Origin: Vicugna vicugna
Lineage: Eukaryota
Reading direction: 5' to 3'
DNA length: 64,000 nucleotides
Assembly: GCA_013265495.1 (NCBI GenBank)
Contig: MU057887.1
Location: 4,243,668-4,307,667 of the forward strand
Part shown: piece by piece, positions 24,340 to 36,249 of the stretch
How positions within the stretch are numbered: the stretch's first letter is position 1
Layout of the letters: each line of letters opens with the position of its first letter
Position numbers and translations under genes: made by a program
Notes under the pieces: model-generated
The model's database searches: none
What the model was told of the DNA's origin: nothing
The model's input: the letters and a program-made list of their open reading frames with translations, nothing else

Positions 24340-26285
24340 CGCCCCACCCTCACCCACTTCCCGGCCGCGCCCTGCGGGCAGGGCCCCCCACTTCTACCCC
24401 CGGGCCGCGGGCTCGGCTCGCCCCCTACCTACCCCAACGGCGCCCGGGCCAGGAATGTTGCATGAATCGTCCTGTTTGCTGTTGCTCGGAGACTTGCCCT
24501 GTACATTGCTTAGTGCCCTCCTAGGCCGGCGAGCCCCACCCAGCACTCGGTCAGGAAGGGCGTGGGCCAGGGAGGCTGGAGCGGGAGGGGGTTGGGGGCA
24601 GGGTGCTCCGGCCTGATCATCTCCCGCACAGCTCCTGGTGGCTACTTTCCCAGAGGGGGGAACCTAGTCCAGCATGCGAGGTCAGGATACACCTTGGTGA
24701 CTCGGGGGGAGGGGGGAGACATTGGGGTTCTCGGTTAGGGGCCAAGGAGCCCCTCTGTTTTGCATATTTTAATCCACTCTATATTTGGAACGAGAAAAGG
24801 AACAAATATCTCTGTCCTTAATAGCTTCCCTTTCCCTCCCCTCCAGCCCCCACTGGTTCCGCTGCGGCTGCCCAGTCTTCCATCTCTGGCCCCTCAACTG
24901 CCACTGCCACCCCACGTGGGGCGGGGGACGCTCCAGCTGGTCTGGGGTTGGCCAGGGTCCTAGTAACCCGCCCTGGGGCCCCAGCTGGGCACCCTCCCCT
25001 CGCTGAGGTACAGCGTGCCCCACCGACCCTTCAGGTGCTGCACGGAGGAGGGGCGGCGGGCAGCCAGTCCTGTTGGGCCCTAGCAAGGTCAGCTGGCCTG
25101 GGAGACCATTGCCCTGGGCTGTGGGGGGTGGGGTGGGGGGGCAGGACCCTAGCACCCGCCTCCAGCTATCTCCCTCACAGGGTCCCTCCCCAGAAGGTGT
25201 CTCGCCTCCTCCCCACTCTGTTGGGCAACTACAGCAGAGGGGCCTCCCCGTCTCAGACCCTGAAGTCTCCAGTTCCACCCTGCGTGTGTGCGCACATGTG
25301 CGAGTGTGTGAAACTCGGGGTGCGACTGAGTGTGTCGGAGCCCCGTGTGTGCCTGACTAGAGAGTGGTCCCAAGGGGCCGCTCTGGACTAGTGTAGGGGC
25401 TTCAGAAGCGTGCACAGGGTGCGTGCATGGGTGTGTGCCTGTGAAAGCGCCCCGTTTCCACTTCCAAAGAAAGTCAGAGGTCGTCTCGTACTCTGGGACC
25501 TGCTGTTTGCCCAGCCTGTCCTTCCGGAGCCTCGCCTAACCTGAGCAGGCCTTCTTGGTGAAGCCCTGCTGCTTGGGGAGGCCACCAAGGGCCCTTGGAG
25601 GTAGTGCCCCCCCATCGGGCTTCTGAGGGGATCATAGGGGCCCCCTAGAGTCAGGCCACCGCAAGCCCTGGGGGAGAGGCAAAGACCCCAGAGGGCACCC
25701 TAGCCCCCTTTACTGTGACTCCTCACACTCAGCAATGACCTGTGGGGTAGGGGGCCCTGGGACGTTTTTAAACCTAGGTTTTGGAGTCTGGACTAAGCTC
25801 CATCCACGTCACTCACAAGTTTCTGTTTATATTTCTAGCTTTTTTTAATAAAAAGAAAAAAAATCCAGAAAACAGAAGTTTTCACAGCCCAGGGGCCTGG
25901 CACACCGGTCTGTGCCCACCTGCCCCACCCCAGCCCACCGGCCCCATTCCCTGGGCAGAGTCACACCCAGTAACCCTTCCACCAACAGACCAGGTCACAC
26001 ACAGCAGCAGTCACTGTAACAGACTGCCACATACACACTTGTCTCACACTCACCTGTGGGTTTTTGGTTCCGTTCAATTTGGGTTTTTAACTTTACAGGG
26101 TCAGTTCCGCTTCACCCCTCCTTTTGTATGGAGTTCCATCTGGGGGATTTCACCCCTGCTCCAGTCCTGAGGCCTCCTGACCCTGACGTTGTGATACACC
26201 CCACAGAGATCTATGTTTCTTATATTATTATTATTGATAATTATTATAATATTATTATGTAATAAATTTATAAGAAATGAAGTCA
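24340..26285 (+). other. SHANK3: SHANK3 3'UTR
   Basis: Follows the stop; AATAAA at 25847-25852 and 26261-26266, the latter preceded by an AT-only block. The 3' end is inferred. Confidence 0.8.
26261..26266 (+). terminator. SHANK3 distal polyadenylation signal
   Basis: AATAAA preceded by tgta and an AU-rich tract. Confidence 0.75.
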
Positions 26286-28904
26286 CGTCTCAGTTGCCTG
26301 CTCGGGGAGGTACCGGGAGCACAAACTCCGCCGCCCCTTGGCCAGGTCTCACGAGCCTCCCCAGCCTTGAGTGAGCCCTCAGCGGTGCGGTGCTGACCTC
26401 AGTGCCCCGTCTCCGACTCAGTCTCTTTGCTGACCTCCACGCCCGTGTGTCTGACTTCTTTCTGCATCTCCGAGTCCTGCTGCACTTGAGTCTGTACTTC
26501 CTGAGCTGGAAGCTTTTCTCTCTACTCAACAGCTCAGTGAGTGACCCTTCCTGAGCTAGAAGTCCGGCTGTCCTCCATGGCCCCGTCCCCTTCTCCACCA
26601 GTGTCCAGATACTTCTAAATTCTGCTGCTCCTGTCTTTGAACCCTTTCACGTCTGTCCCTGCTGTTCTGCCCCCACAGTGTCTGCCCATGTTTAGGCCTT
26701 CTCCCTCCGAGCCAGCTTCCACCAGCAATGATGTGGCAAGTCCTGTGTGGTACCTGGTAGAGGGTGGCTGGCTCATAGGAAAGGCAGAGCACCTCAGTGA
26801 GTGAAAGGAGGAGGAACAGTGAGGCGAGTGGATGGACACTTTCCCATGAACGAGCAAAGGAGACCCAGAGGGAGCCATGGGAGTGTGGAGACTGCAGGGC
26901 CCAGGACTGAGAGAGGGCCAGGGCTGCAGGGATGTGACCTCAGACCAGTGGGGCTTGGGGAGGGGCAGTGGGTGCAGAGCCTGCCATGCTGGGCCAGGGT
27001 GGAGTGTGATGTGACACATGACAGATGTAGACCTCGATTCAGGTCATCACCGGGTCAGGGTGGGGCTGGGCAATGCCTCCAGGAAAGTGTAAGAGAGTAA
27101 GAATCGTTGATGGAATGAAGCCTTGTGGGCAGAAGAGGGATGGATTCAGGTGTCTTTGCCCAGAGGAGCTCTGAGGAGCAGATGAAGGCTTGGATGGCCT
27201 GCTAGGGAAGGCAAAGGCCCTTGTGAGGCTGGGATGGTGAGTGCCTGGCAGTGGGACCTTCAGAGAGGCTTGCCGCCTGTGCAGAAAGCCCACAATTTCA
27301 AATTTTCAACATATATATTTTTTTGTTGTTGTATTTTCAAGTTAGAATCTGTGGTCGTCATACAGGAGAGACCAAGAAGGAAGTCGAGGAATGAGGAGGA
27401 TCCAAGTGTGGGGGCAAAGGTGGAGCATGGTGGCAACTTGGGGGTTGGCCCCTCTGAGCTGCACGTGGAATCCTGGGTCTCCCTGGGACTGGGTCTGGAG
27501 CTTGGGGCAAGTCCAGCTTTTCAACGGAGGAGAGGAAGAGCACGGGCAGGGGGCCAGCTGTCCGTGGAAGTGCCATCTCGGCCCCCAGGGATCTGGGGAA
27601 GAAGACCATATCCCCACCCCAAGTCAGAAGCCACCCCCATGTCTCAGAAGATGACTGGAACACTCAAGGTGGGCCAGAGATGCCCACCAGAGACAGTGGA
27701 GAGATGGCTGAGGGACTGAGTGGGATGAGCCTCCAGATACCCCAGGGCAGACACTTCCTCACATGCGGCTAGGGACTCCCTTCCCCGTTCTGGCCTCACC
27801 ATGACCACACAGTGTTCCAGCTTTACCCTCTAGGGGCCCTAAGCAACTCAACAATCCTCTCTCTGGAACCTGGAGCAAAGGCTGTGGCTCCAGCTCTCCC
27901 TTACCACCAGCCGTGCCCACGGTCTTGTGGGAGACTCTGGGGTGGGGCCTGGTCATTAAGGCTGGATGGGCAACGAGGTTTCTGCCCTGCAGAGAGCTAT
28001 GCCCGAGAACAGCAGGGCCGGGTGGGAGTGAGCAGGAAGGGGAGAAGTGAGAGACAGACAGGTGGGAGCGGGCAGGGCTTAGGGATGGAGTGGGGGTTGG
28101 CCTGCTCAGGTGAATAGGTGGGGGATCCAGAAGTCAGCAGGAGCAGGGGGAGGGAAGTAGTGGACTAGAGAACAGGGAGGAGGAGTCTCATTTGGAGAAG
28201 GAGAGGGGCCCACGGTCCTGCTCCCTGTACTGGGAGCCCCACCTTGGCCTGAGCCAAGCCCCCAGCAGCCACTGAGACCCCCTCCTCTGGCCCTGGAACC
28301 CTAACTGTCCTGTACCTTCCCAACTCCCTCCTTTGCGCTTGGGAACAGCATGGAGAAGGCAAACAAAGTCACTCTTAGTTGAGGTGTTTGTTGCTTCCAC
28401 TAGGTTTGGTGACAAAATTGAACCTGCTGGTCTTGTGCCTAAGCTTCAACCCGTGACTGTGTCTGGGAGCAGGTACTGTCATCCCTTCTACAGTCAGAAG
28501 TGGGTGCTACTGTGCAGAGTCAAACAGTAATTGTCTTCTACAATCTAGACACCGTGAGTCTTTGACCTTTGCTCTTGCAGAACCCATAAGTGTTTTGAAA
28601 AGCTAGGTACCACTTTTCATTTTGAAGTTTATGTCTAACATCTTCATCCTATGTTTAATTACTTACGAAGGTTGTGATTTCCAGAAAACTAAACATATAA
28701 ATATTTAAAATAAATGGTTACATCATTCTATTACACGGTTCTCAAGGACCTAAATACCATATCAACTTTATGCCCATCGAAGTCCCATAAAAACACTTGA
28801 ATAATCTTTCCTTTAACAAAACTTTAATATCACTTCTGGAATTCTTGCTGTCATTTCTCGAACTATATCTCCAGAGTCTTTTTTGGTTACTTTATCAGGC
28901 ACAA

Positions 28905-30830
28905 TCTGACACTCAGTTGAAATAAACAAGGCCTCAGGTTGGTGAAATAGGACCCTGTGACCCTCAGAGGAGGTGAGGCCACCTGAGATGAAAGTAAAAG
29001 AGAGAGAGGGACACGTACACACACCTTGGACGTTTAAGTGGGGGGAAGAATCCTCCAGAAACTCAAATAGAAGAAACAAGCCCTGTGACACTGAGGTGTG
29101 GGAAATGAGAGACCCTAGCAGATAAAAGTACCCCAGAGCCCTGAAACTGACATGGGGGGGCGGGTCCTCCTTGCTGTCAGGTGGAGGAGAGAGGGGCCTC
29201 CTAACACGCAGTAGCAGAGGTAAGACTCTCGTGACACTCAAATAGTTGATATTCTTGAGGTCTGACTGCAATAACACAAGGGAAACAAGCCCTCCTGTTT
29301 GGCAGGAAGGGCACTAATGAGCACTGGACTCAAGTAAGGAGGTGAGATCATCCTGCCGCTCCCTGGGGGAGTGAGGCCTTGTCACTCCCTGGTGAATAAA
29401 GGCGAGATGTCCTGGCTCAGTAATAGGGAAGGCCCTTCAGACCTGCGCTGAGAGTAGACTTGGGGGCCGTCATGCAGAGAAAAAGAGAGCTTCCTGACAG
29501 TCAGTTACGAGAGGAGGTCTCTGGACACTGGAGAGGAAATGAGACGTCCTGACCAACAGGTGGAGGAGACGGAAACATCAGACACTCGGGGAAGATGCGG
29601 CCTCATGACGCTCAGCTGCGGGAGAGGAGGCACGCCTTCACTGATGTCGGGGAGAGGAGGCCCCCAGTCACTTGGAGAGAAGAGGTGGAGCCTCCAGACA
29701 CAGAGCAGGAGATGTGAGGCCCGTCAGGTAGAGACGAGACCTCCTGACACGCTGGTGGGAGGGATACCGTGGAGACACTCAGGACATGTAAGACTGCCTT
29801 GCAGTCAGAGGAAGAGATGAGATTTCACAACTCTCAGCTGGGGACGGTGAGACCTCAAGACACCCAGGAAGGAGAAAACCTTCAACAGTCAAGGAGCTGG
29901 GACACTTATGTAGAGTAGAGGACACCTCACGACACTCAGGTAGAGAAGATGGACGTACATGGCGTGCAGGTAGGGAGACCAGGGTACGCTCAAGCAGGGG
30001 ATGGGAGACTCCATGGCAGTGGGTGGGGGATATAAGAATTCCTGACACTCCAGCGCGGTGGTCGAAACCTCAGAGTGCTCACACAGGCAAGGTACAACCT
30101 CTTGGCACTCAGGTAAAGGATATGAAACCTCTTGGTTCTCAGGTAGAAAAGATGGGACAAAGTGACACTCAGGTGGTGGAGATGAGGCCTTTGGCCCTGA
30201 GACAGAAGGAAAGAGACATCGCTCACATTCAGGGAGAGGAGATGCTAGCTCCCTGATAACCAGGTGAGGTGTACGAGACCTACTGGATATTCAGCTGAGG
30301 GGGAAGGGACCTCCTGAAAGTTACATGGGCTGAGAGAACAGGACAGACACTTAGAGAAGATGCTCAGGGAGAGGGAGCAAGGCCATGTGGCAACCTGAAA
30401 ACTCGTGACACCCGGAGGGAGGACAGGAGGTGTCCTAACACTCTGGTGGGAGGGGGACCCGTGACACTCCTGTAGGTGGGCTCAGGACACCCCCATGGGT
30501 AAGCCGAGACCTCCCCCTCATGTACAGGAGCTAAGATGAGCCCCCAGCAGGTGGGGGTGCGACCTCCTCACACTCTTGCAGGGGAGGTCCAGCGTTTTAA
30601 CGTCCAGGTATGTGCGGTGAGCATTTATCTACTCTGGGCGGTGAGATGCTGTCTCCTGCCAGTCAGAAGAAACAGTACTTTATGATACTCACAGAACTGT
30701 GCCGAGAATTCCCGACACTCAGGTACAGGAGACACCACCCTGCTGCACGTAGGTCCCAGAGAGGAGACCCGGGACCTTCTGGTGGAAGATGTGAGACCTC
30801 GTGATACTCAGCAGTGGACAGAGGGTGGAC
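28905..30830. repeat. Decayed 30-bp tandem repeat array, consensus about gatgagacctcctgacactcaggtggagga
   Basis: Exact 30-nt register at 30031-30270 (e.g. ggtacaacctcttggcactcaggtaaagga / tatgaaacctcttggttctcaggtagaaaa / gatgggacaaagtgacactcaggtggtgga). The gacactcag core recurs across about 1.9 kb. Confidence 0.85.
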
Positions 30831-31229
30831 TTCGTAGTCCTAAGTTAGGGAGGTTCAAAATGGCTCCTTGGAAAGGATGCAGACAGCACACACTTGGAAG
30901 AAGGAAGGACAGTTTGTCCCTCACAGTGTTAAGGGTCTATCCACTTGGATAGCTTGACTCCCTTTAACTGCTGACTTATTGCACCATCTTGCTGCCGAGG
31001 GGCTGAGCTGCCCCTCAGTCTGTAAACTGGAATGGGACTGTGGTTACAGCTTGTGTGAGGGCCAGACCCTGACCTGCACAAAGCTGGAACCTCAGATGAT
31101 GTGGGACCTTGGAAGGTAGCTGGCATTGAAGGTCCTGGCCTTGGGACAGAGGGAGGGGACTGCAGGAGAGCCCGTCTGGCCGCACGGGTTGTGGGCGCCT
31201 ATGCAGGAAGTTGAGAAGTCACTTCAGCG

Positions 31230-31376
31230 TGAACTGGTTGAACTAACGGGGCCCTAACTGATGTGATTGCTGGAAGGTGGGGGTTGGGAGGTCACCTTGC
31301 TGATTGGTCAGGAGGCCATGGAGCTCTGTGAGGTCACTGGGCTTCTAGGCCAGGCTGGGGCAGGAGTCTGGTAGAG
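31230..31376 (+). promoter_or_regulatory. ACR proximal promoter (no TATA seen)
   Basis: MYB-type YAACKG at 31244 (taacgg) and 31255 (taactg); inverted CCAAT/Y-box ctgattggtca at 31300-31310; CRE-like tgaggtca near 31329. Confidence 0.55.
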
Positions 31377-31444
31377 ATGCTGCCAACTGCCGTTCTGCTG
31401 GTCTTGGCTGCGTCTGTGGTCGCCACAGACAACAACACCTGTGA
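31377..31444 (+). CDS. ACR: Acrosin exon 1 (signal peptide and light-chain start)
   Basis: MLPTAVLLVLAASVVATDNNTC(D); GA|gtaagt donor. Confidence 0.93.
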
Positions 31445-32411
31445 GTAAGTATCAGGGACACCTCTGTGGGGTGGGGTGTCTTCTGAGTAGCAGACTCCCT
31501 CAGCGCAGGGCCAGGGTGGAAGCCACAGTGGGGCCTAAGCGTTCCCTCACATTTCACAGCGCCTGTGACCCACACCCCCAAGTCAGACCCTCCCTGCTTC
31601 CAACATCATCAGCCCAGAGCCCCCCGGGCCCCAGACGCCCCGTTTCCTCCTGAGGCAGACCCCGGGCTCCCGCAGCACAGAGACCCGCACATCTTCCCCG
31701 CCCAGTGACTGCCTGCATGGCCTCATGGTATCAAGTCTCGACTCTCAGGAGCCCCGGCCCTCCGGCAGATAATAAGGTGCCCCACCCTGCAGCTGACCCA
31801 GAATGCCCCAGGTGTCGTCATGCGATACCTCCAGGACCTCCACGCCAGGTGTAGACTCCCAGAGCCCCCAGGTACCCCATGACTCCCAGACGACTGTGGT
31901 CTCTCACCAGCAGCACAGCACCCAGACCGCCCTCCTCTGGATCACCACTGCTCCCAGTGTGCCCCCTCCCCTGGGGTCGCTTTATCTGCCTATGGCTGCT
32001 CTCCTTCCATCACTGTCCACCCCAGCCCTGCAGCCCCAAGACCCCGGGGCTCGTCCCTGAGTGTCCCACCCAAGATAACCTCCGTCCACTCCCACCTTTG
32101 GCCTCCCCTCTGCCCAAGGATCTCCCATACGTCTAGGCCCTTACCTGTACTAGCTGCCTATGGCCCCAGCTCTGCCCACCTTGTAATCACACTCACGAGA
32201 CCCCAGAAATCTCACCCCTCAGAATCGTTCCCTGGAGGCTGTGGCTTCTTGTCTCATCAAACCCGCATGGCACCACCCCATGAGGCTGACCCAAGGCCCC
32301 CCAGCTCTTCCCTACCTCTGCCAGCCCCATCCCGACTGTGGCCCTGCTGTGGAGGTGCCAGGACAAGCTGTGCCTTTCTTGGCTTGAGCTGTGCCCCTGG
32401 TCTCCCCTCAG

Positions 32412-32618
32412 CGGCCCCTGTGGGTTACGATTCAGGCAGAGCCCGCAAGGGGGCATGCGCATCGTCGGAGGGCGGCCTGCGGCACTCGGGTCCTGGCCCT
32501 GGATGGTCAGCCTCCAGGCCTTCTCATATGTCGACAGCCGGAGGTACCACAGGTGCGGGGGCACCTTGCTGAGCTCCCACTGGGTGCTTACTGCGGCGCA
32601 CTGCTTCAGGAACAAAAG
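32412..32618 (+). CDS. ACR: Acrosin exon 2 (activation site R-IVGG, catalytic His)
   Basis: [20 protein letters not shown]...WPWMVSLQ...[18 protein letters not shown]; ag/gt ends. Confidence 0.97.
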
Positions 32619-32852
32619 GTACGTGGGGGACACGCGGAGGGGAGTCTTCAGAAAGGCTCTTCTCAGAAAGGGACGTTCTCCAGAGGTCTCTGTGCAGAGT
32701 GTCCCTGGGGCTGTGGACAAGAAGACCGAGTGGTTGAGCCAGACCTTGCTGGGGTGGGACCAGTGGGGGGGGGTCTGCGGGTCCCATTCATCAGAGGTTC
32801 CTGTCCAGCCAGGCCACAGTGAGAGTGACCTGGCTGGCCTCTGCGCTCACAG

Positions 32853-33136
32853 GAAAGTTGCTGACTGGAGACTGATCTTTGGAGCAAAGGAAATTGTGTG
32901 GGGAAACAACAAGCCCGTGAAGCCGCCCCTGCAGGAGAGATCTGCTGAGAGGATCATCATTCATGAGAAATACTCCCCTGGCTCAGAGGAAAATGACATC
33001 GCTCTCATAAAGATCACCCCCCCTGTTCCATGTGGACCGTTCATCGGACCAGGCTGCCTGCCCCAGTTTAGGGCAGGCCCACCCAGAGTTTCCCAGATGT
33101 GCTGGGTGACTGGCTGGGGATACCTAAAAGAGAACG
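32853..33136 (+). CDS. ACR: Acrosin exon 3 (catalytic Asp)
   Basis: [11 protein letters not shown]...[24 protein letters not shown]...[12 protein letters not shown]; donor gtgagt. Confidence 0.97.
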
Positions 33137-33628
33137 GTGAGTAGGGGCCAGGGCTCCCGGGGGAGAACTGCTGATCCTCCGCTTGGTGGTCTCTGAGGCG
33201 AAGGGGTCACTCCTGGCCCAGCCCCTCTCAGTCCCCATCACAGTGCTGACTGGAGTTTCCTCACATCGCAGCTGGTCTTCTAAAGCCCCCATCCACGTTA
33301 ACGTGACTCTTCAGCCGCACCCACCCAGCCTCCGTCTGCCCTCTGTTCACCGTGCGCATCCTTCCACTCTTCCTTCTCCTGTTTCCTCTCCCCATGCACC
33401 TGCTAGCACTCCTCCACTCCAACTCCCATCTCCCCCCTCTGCTCTTCCAGCCGTGCATGTCCTTCCCTCCAGGAGCATTCTAAGGAGAGGCCGGGGGCGT
33501 TGACTTTCATGGATCTCATGTTTAAGCAGAGCGTTAGTGGATGGTAGGGGTTCAGTGGAGAGAGGAAGGCAGGGCTTTACCAGAACACGTCTTCCATGAT
33601 CACTGACCTCTCAATCGCCTGGCTGTAG

Positions 33629-33774
33629 CCGCCAGGACATCACCTATACTGCAGGAGGCCCATGTGAACCTCATCGACCTTGACTTGTGTAACTCGACCC
33701 AGTGGTACAATGGGCGCGTTCATTCGACCAATGTGTGCGCGGGGTACCCTGAAGGCAAGATTGACACCTGCCAG
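33629..33774 (+). CDS. ACR: Acrosin exon 4
   Basis: (A)[48 protein letters not shown]|gtaac. Confidence 0.97.
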
Positions 33775-34306
33775 GTAACTTTCCTCCGTGTGCCCAGGCC
33801 ACTGCGGACGACTCTTTTTTGGATCCCTGAGCAAATTTCCCTGGTCCCACCTTCCAGCATCTACAGTCACACTGAGGATGGGAAGTGACACCCACCAGCT
33901 GCCCCGACGAAGAATCAGGCACCACACTCAGAACTGTATCGCACCCTAACACAGAGATCACATGCCGCAAACACTGCCCCTGAAGAGAATGTTTGTCTCT
34001 CTTCACCGGAAAGCAAAACAGCCAGGTCCACTGCACACACACACTCATGTAAGCATGTAAAGCCCCACGTATGGACACACAGGTTTGCTCATCTCCCTTC
34101 CTCACTGCAAGGAAACCCATGACAGGCCACACACTCCTCACATCCCAACTGAAGCTGCTGGTACCAGCTCAGACTTCAGCACCACCACTGTGTTCATGGC
34201 AGCAGGAAGCCACACGGCTCCAGCAAGTGTCCTCCTAGACTCTGTGGCCCTTCTGGGCAGGGGAAGTGGCTTGGGCCGAGAGTGACTTCTGTTTCCTTCT
34301 GGGCAG

Positions 34307-34828
34307 GGGGACAGCGGCGGGCCTCTCTTGTGCAGAGACAACACGGGAAGCGCCTATGTGGTCGTGGGAGTCACAAGCTGGGGGGTAGGCTGCGCTCGAG
34401 CCAAGCGCCCTGGAGTCTACACGTCCACCTGGGCCTACCTGAACTGGATCGCGTCCAAGATTGGTTCCAGCGCCTTGTACATGGTTCAGCCAGGCACTCC
34501 GCCCCCTCCTACTTCCCAGGCACCTCCAGCTAGACCTGCTTCTGCTCAGGTTTCTGGTCACCCACCCTGGTACTTCCAACAGCTTCCTCGACCACCTCCC
34601 TTCAAGCAACCCCAGCCCCAACCTCCAGCCGTGTACCGACCCCCACGGCCACCCTCACTGCCACCCCCACCCCGACCCCAGCCTCCCACTAAACCTCCCC
34701 AAGCACTTTCTTTTGCCAAGCGACTACAGCAACTCATAGAAGTCTTGAAGGAGAAGACTTTTCTTAATGAAAAGGGTTATTCTGAAATGGAGATCACAGA
34801 CCTCCCAGAACTGCCTGCCTCCTCCTGA
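34307..34828 (+). CDS. ACR: Acrosin exon 5 (catalytic Ser GDSGGP, proline-rich C-terminal propeptide)
   Basis: GDSGGPLLC...[16 protein letters not shown]...[16 protein letters not shown]...ASS*. The five exons sum to 1227 nt = 408 aa plus stop. Confidence 0.97.
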   Translation, partial: GDSGGPLLCRDNTGSAYVVVGVTSWGVGCARAKRPGVYTSTWAYLNWIASKIGSSALYMVQPGTPPPPTSQAPPARPASAQVSGHPPWYFQQLPRPPPFKQPQPQPPAVYRPPRPPSLPPPPRPQPPTKPPQALSFAKRLQQLIEVLKEKTFLNEKGYSEMEITDLPELPASS

Positions 34829-34886
34829 TCTGACACCATTCCCAATGGACCTAGCGGACCCCTCAAGCCTGGGGAAGAAAAGATGC

Positions 34887-34892
34887 AATAAA
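34887..34892 (+). terminator. ACR polyadenylation signal
   Basis: AATAAA about 60 nt after the stop codon. Confidence 0.85.
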
Positions 34893-36249
34893 TGAGTATA
34901 TACACGTAAAGAGATGCTTTCTGACTTCTCCCTGTCTACCCTCCCCAGCTCAATCCAAACCTTCCCCCACAGTCTGCCCTCCCTCCATGCACCCTCCAAC
35001 AAGTTGGAATTAATGTCAGTTGTGGTTTTTGTGGTGATCTGGGGCTGTGTCATAATTAGTGTCTCTGCACTAAACCAATGGGCCTCACAGCTCCTGTGAG
35101 GGGAGCTGCCTGGAAATGAAGGGGCGTAAGTCCAAGTCTCCTGGAGGCCACATTCTCCTGGTAGCAGGAAGAGACAGGCCCACGAGCGGGATCTGTCCTT
35201 AGTGTGTTTCTTTTCTCCTTGAGGTGGAACATTTTGCTCTGGGCCTGTAGTCTGGGGCTGACACTTGGGTCTCCTTCCTGGAGAGACAGGGCCTCTGCTC
35301 AAGGACTGGTCCACTGGGAGGCCATAGACTATGTGGAGCCTGCAGAGGCAGCGGTGGGCTCTTGTGCGCCTTCTGCAAGCTTCCCACGCACAAGCAGGTT
35401 CAAAATCTAGCCCCTCATTTCTTCACGACTCGTGTTGCTCTGTGACGGCATTTTTTCATTTAGCACACAGATGTCTCCGTATTAGCACACACAGACAGCA
35501 GGGACAGTTATGAGCCGTGGGTCCCATTTCCTTCCCAGGAGGGGATGTCTAGTTTCCCAAAGCTGCTTTCCCTGGATGTGTCCATTTCCCCAAGTCTAAG
35601 CCAACTGGTTCTAATCAGACTCTTCGGTCCTTACCAATCTCACAAGTGTTCTAGTTTTCACTGAAAAATTACGCATGCAGCAGTTTACAAGTGAAGCGAG
35701 ACGCTCTGGTCTGCCTTCATGTCGCGTGGATGCTCTAACCCTGAAGGTGGCTCACAGGTCCTGTCACACTGGGGCAGGAGGCACAGGGCGGGAAGGGAAA
35801 AGCTGTAGGTCGGACTAAGGCCAGAGTGCCTCCAGGCATCGGAGGGACAGGCTCACTCTTTCCTTGTGGGATCAGTAGGCAAATGTTAAATATTCAAGAA
35901 AAGAATTCATATGAATCATATTGCTAGGAAAGATAACAGAAAATCATTTAACAGAGGCTAAACCTGCACACGGTAAAACTCTGACAAGAGCATGGTGTCA
36001 GGAATATCAGATACACAGTAATGAGACTTACGGGGTGGAGGTTTAATTGTGCAAAATCTTATCATATTTGCAAGGAAAAACTGATTCCAATGAATATCGC
36101 TGTAAATTTTAAATGGAAGTGGAAAAAGATACAGGTAGTTAATTTTCACTGTGTAGAAAACTCATCAAGAAATAGAAGTTAGCTTGTTGGGGTTTTCTGC
36201 AGAAACTGCATTCCTGGCAAAGAATCATCAGTAACCTGCTCTGGTCACT

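Noticed and set aside
23782..24357. Antisense ORFs (191 aa and 168 aa)
   Set aside because: Shadows of the CpG-rich SAM exon.
28905..30830. 30-bp repeats as a CRISPR-like array
   Set aside because: Units are contiguous and diverged with no unique spacers; mammalian context and no cas genes.
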